A stretch of DNA of 64,000 bases from Octopus vulgaris (lineage: Eukaryota): NCBI GenBank assembly GCA_951406725.2, contig OX597821.1, positions 45,322,001 through 45,386,000 on the forward strand, read 5' to 3'. Positions 54,600-64,000 of this stretch are shown here, one piece after another. The translations under genes were made by a program, and so were the position numbers. Each line of letters starts with the position of its first letter. The first letter of the stretch is position 1. The notes under the pieces are model-generated. The model searched no databases. It had not been told where the DNA came from and saw nothing but the letters and a program-made list of their open reading frames with translations.

Positions 54600-55699
54600 G
54601 TGATGACAATCGGTACAAGAGCAGTAGTATTGTTGCATCAGCATTTGCCAGGCCTAGTGACCAATATGGCTCCCGATAATTTGGGATAAGCGTAAATGAA
54701 TGAGAGGAGATAATTCAAATGTCTAAAAAGTCATATTAAACCCCAAAGAGTGTCAACAAAATATCTTTTCCAAAATATATAATGAAACAGGGATAAATAA
54801 AAACATAAATTTCTGTTTGTTCGACTATTTTTTTCTTAAACACACTTTCTCATAAAGTATCGGTAGCCTAAGCACTGCCAGTGCAGAAATAGAGTTGCTC
54901 TCATACCAAGTGTAATTGCCATGCGCACGGTAAAAAAAATTATTCTTGTTATTCTGTATCTTGAATACTGTGTAACTCTTTCACCGATTGAGTACTGTTG
55001 TTGAAAATTGTCTACACTGTAACAGACCGTAGACCACTAAATATAGATTTATACCACACATTCCTACGGGTACTTTACACGTAATATTGGTAAATATTTA
55101 ACTTAAGAATTTTTAAGAATCAAGTATTATGGATCTATATTGGATCCGTATGTATTGACTACTCCATCATGGATCTATACCATATTGACCACACGATAAA
55201 ATCATACTCACACTAACAGCTGTTACTTGAAAAGTGGAGTATGTAACGAGACTTATGCTTTGGAAGGCCCTGGTTTTTGTGGTGAGGTGATGGTCACTGC
55301 CTTCACAACATTATGATGTCAGTTCTCACAAATAACCACAAAAGTTAAGGATCAATCATCCTCCAGAGTAGACTTTCTTGTTCAAGTGATGGGTATAAGA
55401 TTCTTTCCAAAATAAACTTATCATTAAGAAGGATTATGGTCTCTACTAATATATTTCTATTTTCGGATGAGACAAATACAATCTATGAAGTAGACAGCGA
55501 TAAATATAGCAAACAGCTATTGTGTGATAGCACACTAAGAAATATATAATCTCAAACGCTAAGATTTACAACATACCAATAAAGAAACTAAGTTTATATC
55601 CAAAACAAAAATTAAGGCGGATAACAGAGCAGAATAATCTGTTAACTAAAAGAGAAGTTTTCATAATGTTAAAAGCTCAAGAAACAGACTTCATAAATA

Positions 55700-56400
55700 A
55701 ACCTAGTTGTAGATGAATAAATCTAGTAAAGACGAGAAATATCAACAAGAAAAGAATCATAACTGAGCCTCAGCAGTGCGATAAGAGAAAAGCAGTTATC
55801 AGATGGTTCAAATACATTAAAAAAAAAGGCTGTATCTAGATTCAGTCAGTTCTACCAGGTGACGTCTAACCATGGATATCAAGACCCCTATTGGTTAAAT
55901 CCAAAGAATTCGATTGTAGATACGTCAGAATTTTTGAATTGGATATTGAAATAATCATGTATATAAGTAAAACCCTTCTCTTAAAATAAGTTGTTCTGGA
56001 TCAAAACATTTCAACCTTGAGATCTACTTGACATCTGAATCCGATCTTATGCCAAATACACTGGCATATATGACCAAACTGGCCTGTATATACTAGAACC
56101 TCTTTAAAACAAAACTTTCTTAAATACAATATTCACGATAGGTTAATCATATCATACAAGTGCAATGGCTACACACTAGAAACTTTTGGGGGAAAATCTC
56201 ATTACCAGTTTCAACTGGGAATTAACATTACAGCAAATTAAGGTTGACTTTCTTAGACATATCACCAAGAAGTCTTGCAAACTCTTTCATTAACCAAATG
56301 AGAAGCTTAGTTATATTAATATAATATCATGTCACCACCACCTATTGAGTTTAAAATTCCTTAAAACTTAATAACACGCCGACATTTACTCCAATCTCTC
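55700..56400 (+). mobile_element. Heavily decayed Penelope-like reverse transcriptase, same type as 37790-38560
   Basis: AVIRWFKYIK, DIEIIMYISKTLL, VDFL and PNEKLSYINIISCH occur in the expected PLE order across frameshifts. Confidence 0.55.
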
Positions 56401-56439
56401 TTTGACCTACGCTTTGTGACAAATTAAACCGGTGTTATC

Positions 56440-56915
56440 TATAAACATTCTTTTTCATACCATAAAGCTATCCTTATATTCAAAGAATTTAGGTTGGTGA
56501 CAAGAAATACTGCATTGACGGTAAGTTCTAACTGCAAGTTTCCCATGTTTTCTTGATATGCGTAGCAAAAGCGTTTTGTGTTGTTGAAGGCGGCAAAAAT
56601 GCCATGATCCCATTGGAAAGTACGAGTTCTATATCCATGGAATAAGAGCAAAATTGGCGTGGAATGTGTCCGGACACCTCTAATTAAAAGTATGTTATGC
56701 GGATGGAGCCCAAGTTTTGCTGGGAGTCCGTCGTGCTCAATACAGTCAAGAGTACAACATTTTCCTTCCAGTTTAACGAGGGCGAGAACACATCGGTGGG
56801 TGACGTAAGGGATCAGGACTCTAGTGGAAATGACTTTGTAGAAACTGTAAACTTTAAACACTTTAGAAGTTATCCTTAAGGAAAAAGGGGGAAAGAGAGG
56901 GAGAGAGAGAGAGAA

Positions 56916-56960
<45 letters not shown>

Positions 56961-57950
56961 AGAGAGAGAGAAAAAGGAAAGATCTACGTGATGGAGGATG
57001 TTGTAGTTAATGGTTGTCTCCATTATTTTAGAGGTATTGTGAGTATCGTAGGAGGATAATTGGCAGGACCAGAGTAATTGTCTTTCTTGGCAATGGAACA
57101 CAGTATAGCATGTTTCCAAAGATAAATACCTGTAGAGAGAGGGGAAAGAGGTTGAAGAATATTGGCTTGAAGATATTGGTTTTTCGTTCACCCTCGGTGT
57201 GCATATGTGTGTAGTGGTAAGGAAGTGGAATAGAATGAGGGGATTTACATAATGTGTGTGTGCGTGTGTGTGTGTGCAATATGCAGTTGTATAGAAATAA
57301 GGCAACAAGTGCGGATTTTTTCTCCACAAGTATTTCGTCTTGAATTGTTATCGTTGAGAAACAGAAGAAAGACTGATTCCACAAATTTGATAGAAACGTT
57401 TTGCCAAGGAACCAAAAAGTTCGGCTACGGTTCGGGAGATGGGAGAAATTGCAAGTTATGCGAAGCACTGAAGTATAACATTGTGATCCGTATAATGATT
57501 TTGCAAGGGTTACAGTGTAAGTAAGCGCCACTCGGGTTGGGGTTTAGGATTCTTTTTGCCTAGCGGAATACATTTGAGATGAATGTGAGGGCCAAAAATG
57601 GGTGTGAACATTGAAGTTACTGATGTTGATGATTTCAGAGAGAATTGAGATGTAATAGATGTTTTCAATGCAAGAAGAGATTCGGTCGAAGGGTTGTTGA
57701 TGTTGGAAGACTTCAAAAAGTGGTAAAGAAAGCAGGTGTTTCCAGGGAGATGAAGAGGGCAACATTAAGTCGCAATAACTGAAGGGTTCTGTTTCTGATA
57801 ACCAAGTGGGCATGTGTACAGATGTGAGGATGTGAGCAGGTAACACAGCTTTCATTGTCCGTGTGTGTTTGACCATTCTGTCCTTTTATAGATATTATAT
57901 AATGCGTCTCTTCATTATTTAAGATGGTAGAATGTACGGCAAGGGAGATG
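56440..57950 (-). mobile_element. Heavily decayed LINE (CR1/Jockey-like): APE and RT remnants
   Basis: FDRISSCIENI...SEIINISNFNVH..FW resembles the APE GDFNVH..W motif. TLDCIEHDGLPAKL resembles RT AFD-x-V-x-H-x-GL-x2-KL. Interrupted by microsatellites. Confidence 0.5.
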
Positions 57951-60900
57951 AGCTTGTTGTCTCTAATGTAGGGGCTACTATTTTGGTTCACCTTTATTTA
58001 ATGATGCAAACTCTGATTTTTGATAGTCTGGTTAATGGAAAAGGAAATGGGAATGAATGGATGTAATTTTACAGAAACGGCGCAGGTCATTAAAACAGGC
58101 ATCACATGAGCATGTAGTTCCATGTTAATCAGTTGCGACAGAGTTGAAACAAAAGTGTTTGTTGAAAGATTGTCTCTAGCTTATAAGTCAGAAAGAAACC
58201 ATCAAAGTATAAACTTATCACTAACAACACCATCAGCAAAAGCTGCTGTGACGACAACGAGCAGCCATTTTTATGAATATTATGTTTCTAATGGTTGTTT
58301 ATTTTCTTCTGAATATTGTCCAAATGAAATATTCAAACGGAGATCATTAACGATTACAAATGAATTAGCATATATTTTTGACATACATTTACTTCTGGAA
58401 AAGCGAAATCATTATTTAAAAGGAAGAAATTGAAAGTGATGTTCCCTCATCACTTCCTCAAATAGGACTTACAACAACATTGCATCATGTTTTGTCTTCT
58501 GCTGAATTGTTTAAAACAGTCTTTGAAAGGACTTGATAGCTGTCGATCTGTTTAAATTAACCCAAATGACTAAATAATTTCATAAGTATAAAGTCTTATT
58601 CTTGTTTGCGCTTTTTTCACTAGAATTTTCTCTAAATATATACTGTTCCTTTTTACTCTACCTTTTCTATCACTACTTCAATGGCCTACATACTTTGGAG
58701 CCGTATGATCTTGTATCATCTCTACTTACGGCCATCCAACTCATCCTGTAACAAGAGCGAGCAGGACGGCTTCAAGAAGCACATCAACTTTATTATCCAC
58801 GCTGGCCTAGGTGGGCCAGCGAAGGTCATGGGTGTAGCTTATTTCTCCTCAACCGTTTAAAGGAAAAAAATCATTTAAAGGAAAATATATAACCAATAAT
58901 ACTTCCTTCTTCCGTTTTTGCACATTAAATCATGGCTTTGACTAGTTTCAAAACTGATAGTCTGTCAAACAAAGAAAAGCTGTTGTCCGTATAACAGTTA
59001 AAAAACATAACTTTGCTTTTTGCATTGTTTCATTTTACAACAAAGTTGAGCGCATCGATCACTAATAATCATTTGATCATATCTAAAAGGATGAAAATCA
59101 CAGTTGAATCAAACTTAATTTAAACTTGGATCCGCGTGGGACGAAACAAAACAGTGTAACGCATTTAGCCCGGCGTTCTATTGTCTCAGTCACGCCCACT
59201 TCGCAATTCAGCTCGTATAACTTGTATAATAAGATTACAGTTGAAAGACGTCAAAATAATCCTGTTTAGTTAATAGAATGTAAAATTGTAATTTTATTAT
59301 TATTATTATTATTATTATTTTTGTCTAATACAAGAAAGTGAGCTCAACTAGAGTTTGATGTAAACAAATATCTTTACACTCAGAGAATATATTTTTCTAA
59401 AAATAAACATTTTCCTTCTTTCGTGTACTTTATCAAATATAAAAGGAATTGAATAAAGGATTAGTTATAACCTAGTTTTGATGCAATAGCAAATCGTTGT
59501 TAAGACTATTGGATTAAAATAGGACTAGAATCCTGAAAGAAGACATGGCTACTGGAAATGAAAATAATTGTTTAAAATCAAGAAAGAGTTTAGATTTGAG
59601 AAAAAGCAACAAATTTTGAAATTGCGGACTTCAAGATGAAAGCGTAGATATTACAGCTGGTCATGTATCTATACTCCGTGATTTTATTTAACTATTTTCT
59701 AGATTGACTCAAGATTATACCGGCTCCAAACAGTTGATTGATACTTAATTTTATCGATTTCGGAAGGATGGAAGGCAAAGTCGGTGCCGATAGTATTTGA
59801 GCTCCAAACATAAAGGGGTGCAACTAGATACCGTTAAACTTGTTATCCGATGTTCTATCTAATATGCCACTATACACCCTGATGTTCTATCCATTCTACC
59901 AACTCACTGCACCCATCTGATTTTATGATCTTATCCGACTTTCATCGAAGGCCACCAAATGACCAAGACGCTATAGAATTATAAAAACAATAGCTCTACC
60001 CCATCCTCGAAACTGCTTTTATTAATACTGGAGTTAATCTTTTTGGAAATTGAGAAGTATATTTACATAGTACATCTCTGAATGCTCACCCTCCACTAAC
60101 ACATACAATATATAAAAATAATTTATTGAAGTTCTAGGTGAACTAATGTCAGAAAAATAACAGTCGGCATTGTCTCAGTTGGGGCGCCTTTGATCGTAGG
60201 TCTTCCTCATCAAAACTCATCTAAGATCTAAATAACAAAACTGGCCAGAACATCAGAAGTTAAAATAACTCATGTTAGAATACGCTACCATTGGATGGTG
60301 ATTCAATTTATTGTTTGAGTTATATTTTTACAGAATAGCAGTGGTCAGTATTTAGGTTCATTAGAATGAGGCTAAGCAATTCTACCACCCAATGCTCTCT
60401 CAAGGTTTTAACAATGTTTTGGATTTAGCTGAAGGTAACACAAGTCAGGCGACTCGCTGCACTATTTCAACTTCTCCGCGTCAGATCGAGCATTGCGGCT
60501 GAACGTCTGACCTGAGTTTTAGTCAGTCTTTCTCTAGCTGAAATATCTCATCTGTGTACGTCACGACTACAGATGATAGCAGTAGTTCACTAGCTGAGCT
60601 AGTTGATCATAGTCGTTGACAGTTTGTTGCCTGTTCATTTGCTCATCAAGTGATATTCGCCATTGATTCAATAAGATTCATACTGCATTCTATAATTTCA
60701 ACGTACCCTAACTCATGCTATTTAACTCATAGCTGGGACCCTGACAAGTATTTCTAGCGTAGAAAACCTGTGAACAATAGTAGCTAAGAGGTGGTACCAC
60801 ACTCCTCAAAATCATGGGACTCTCGAATCAGATTTTCACTACTGAATGCAGTATAAAGTCATACTTAGGACAACACCCATAGAAGTCTAAAAAAAAGAAA

Positions 60901-61171
60901 AGAAAATAGTTGTTAATAGTAGCTTGGTCAAAGGAGGAAAACATTCTTACATGGACGGGGAAGAAAGAAAGAGTTTCTTCTCAGATAGGAGACCAAGGCT
61001 GAATGTTCACAACAGAATGGAGCCCACTAAAGCATATAAATATTGATTTTCTTTTTAATCTACTGAAGATCATGACAAAAGACATTATCACTTGTAAAAG
61101 ATTTCATATAACGCTTTCAGCAACGTGTCAGATATATCTCAATATATCTCATGGCTAGGTGGACTGAACTG

Positions 61172-61241
<70 letters not shown>

Positions 61242-61664
61242 TGATCCCCACTCTCCAAAAATTCTTTACAATCTTGCAGAACTATAATCAAAGCGCTCCA
61301 ACTGTAACAATCCCGTCATATTTTTTTCCTCAGATGTAGTACATTTTATGGCTTCCTTATGCAAATCGGCTCTAAGCTGGTTTCTCCCGAGCAAGAGACC
61401 AGTTTATGTCTAGTTACATATCTCATTGCAGGAAATAAACACAGCGCTGCACACTAATAAGGCAATTGTCATTTTTACAGCCCTGATACCGTTACCGTTT
61501 CAGGGCTGTAAAAATATTAAGTATTTGGATAAGCTATTTCAAGGTTAGAGATCTAAAGTTCTTGACCTCAAACACAACGTGGTACCGGCCTCAGAATTCA
61601 AACTGTCGGCTACATCTTTACTCTGTAAGTAACAGAACACGAGCCAATATCAGAAGTATTCAAT

Positions 61665-61860
61665 TAGTAACTCGACTTCGTAGAAATAACAGCAGAATCT
61701 CTCTCAAATCACGCTCTATCGTCTTCATACTATGTCTGAATAAAAGACGGGATTGTCACAGCTAGAACCCCGTTGATCATAGGTCAGTTCATTCGTGGCT
61801 GACCAGTCCCTTCCACCACCACCACCACAAACAACAACAACAACAACAACAACAACATAA
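61665..61860 (+). mobile_element. Family D (CAA)n-tailed retroposon, best-preserved copy
   Basis: ACTCGAC...TAGAAATAACAGC..AATCTCTCTCAAATCAC...GACGGGATTGTCACAGCT...TTGATCATAGGTC...GGCTGACC followed by (CAA)n. Confidence 0.6.
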
Positions 61861-62483
61861 CACCGTAACAACATTTAAACAAGAAAATTTTATAAAAACA
61901 AAAGTAAAACTAAAATAAAGCAAGAATAATAAGATAATTATAAATTGAATTAATTTGTTGTCGTTAAAAATTGATCAATCAATGTTTGATGTTATTGATT
62001 AAATTAGTAATTATTGTTTATATGTTTTATAGTTTTTAATTTTATAACTAAGAAACATAAATTAGGTGAGAAAACAAAACGTCTATTCATTTACTTAATG
62101 AATAAATCAAAAACTGAAATATTTCCATGTCAACTATTTATTTCTTGGTTAATAACTGGCGTGGGTGGGTGGGGTGATTGCTAGACCACCGGTTAAAATG
62201 CCTCGTGATATTCGTCTCGGATTTCTCTGATCTGAGTCCAAATCCTATTTAGGTCACCTTTAATATTTTTTCTCTTAGGACCAGTAAAGTACCAGTACTG
62301 GGATGAATTGTAGCCCATCTTTCTCTCTCAGTGTACCCGTAATTCCAAATGTACAGCCATGTCACATTGTTTCTTGTTGACTCTGAGAATAATGTTAAGG
62401 GTACATGTATTTGTGGAATATTCAGCCGCCTGAACGTTAATTTTGTGAGTAAGAATTCAATTAGATGAATAATTAGATGAATA

Positions 62484-62893
62484 GGCGTAGGAGTGGCTGT
62501 GTGGTAAGTAGCTTGCTTACGAACCACATGGTTCCGGGTTCAGTCCCACTGCGTGGAACCTTGGGCAAGTGTCTTCTACTATAGCCTCGGGCCGACCAAA
62601 GCCTTGTGAGTGGATTTGCTAGACGGAAACTGAAAGAAGCCCGTCGTATATATGTATATATATATGTATGTGCGTGTTTGTGTGTCTGTATTTGTCCTCC
62701 CAACATCGCTTGACAACCGATGCTGGTGTGTTTACGTCCCCGTAACTTAGCGGTTCGGCAAAAAAGAGACCGATAAAATAAGTACTAGGCTTACAAAGAA
62801 TAAGTCCTGGGGTCGATTTTCTCGACTAAAGGCGGTGCTCCAGCATGGCCACAGTCACATGACTGAAACAAGTAAAAGAGTAAAAAGAGTAAA
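62484..62893 (+). mobile_element. Family A SINE, full length and apparently young
   Basis: Complete head, centre, internal microsatellite and GAGTAAAA tail. Confidence 0.92.
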
Positions 62894-62961
62894 TTGAATG
62901 TCTACCGTGGAGCCCGACGGAGAATTCACGGTAATCGCAAGGTCGATTTATGAAGTGAGAG

Positions 62962-63017
<56 letters not shown>

Positions 63018-63020
63018 AGG

Positions 63021-63058
<38 letters not shown>

Positions 63059-63702
63059 ACTATAGATGACTGAATTAACCACCCCAACCATCCAATTATT
63101 GTTGCTTGCTTACGGGTGATTGAGCAGCCCTAGGACCAAAGGAGTTCGAGCAGCGACTCTTGTTTTTCACATCTAATTATCATTAACATAACTTCACTGA
63201 CTCCCACCAAAATAAATAAATGAATAAAATGAAATAAAAGCAGTTTGCCAAGGGTCATTTAAAACCATATACAACCTAAGTAAAGCATGATCTAATGAAG
63301 GCAAGCAAGTCGAAACTTCGAAGTCATTGGTAACGGAAATAGGACCAACAAAAATATATATACATATACATACACATACAAACATACATGCATACATACA
63401 TACATACATGCATACATACATACATACATACATACATACATACATACATACACACAGACACGTACACACATTCATATATATTTAGTGAAAGATGGTTATG
63501 ACTGGTTCATTGCGTGACTCTTCAAGTGAGGTTATAGGCCACCGGCGATTAGGGTCCGATGAGAAGTGTATAAAGCTAAGCGCTTTATGGACGCGAAACC
63601 CTGGTTAACCGGCCATAACTAACATCATTCTCCAAATACTCTTCTGCTCTGTAACTTAGAGTGTATTTCTCTTCCGGATTTATGATTTACTGACAGTATA
63701 TT

Positions 63703-63743
<41 letters not shown>

Positions 63744-64000
63744 TCTGTCCCTCTCAAGCCTTTTTCAAAGCGTTCAAAATAATTTTTCCTTCGTTCAGGC
63801 TTAACATCCCTTAATGTTTGTGTTATTGTTATTCTCCTTGTCCTGTCTTTTACTGTTTTTATTTGTAATGCCTTTACTACTTTTACCCCTCCGCAAAAAA
63901 TCTCAAATTTTATTTTATTTGCTTTGCGGGAAGAACTGTTTCAACGAAGTCGTGTCTCGCATTTACCTTCGAAACACGGAGTGGACGAAACAGAGGTGGC

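Noticed and set aside
56439-57329. Longest ORF (296 aa) as a host gene
   Set aside because: It runs through microsatellites and decayed LINE sequence, so it is a chance open frame.

Overview
AT-rich, microsatellite-saturated animal DNA. The SINE families and the (TA)n/(TG)n/(TACA)n density suggest an octopus/cephalopod genome (inference). I recognise no host protein-coding exon, and nearly all listed ORFs are translations of simple repeats. The window holds three tRNA-derived SINE families, an old (CAA)n-tailed retroposon, decayed RTE, R4/Dong-like, CR1/Jockey-like and Penelope-like (PLE) retroelements, mariner and maT remnants, and two non-autonomous Helitrons. The main signal is a set of short, ORF-less inserts in (TA)n tracts, most of them folded back head-to-head. 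Six of these inserts carry a well-formed type I hammerhead ribozyme (CUGANGA...GAAA...NUH with helices I-III), and three or four more motifs are degenerate. The inserts fall into at least two sequence families. In four of five well-preserved fold-back copies the inversion point sits at or inside the hammerhead, and one copy is a 1.36-unit tandem of a 544-bp monomer. This resembles a microsatellite-targeted, PLE-mobilised retrozyme-like system. All structures and alignments were read by eye; nothing was computed or searched.
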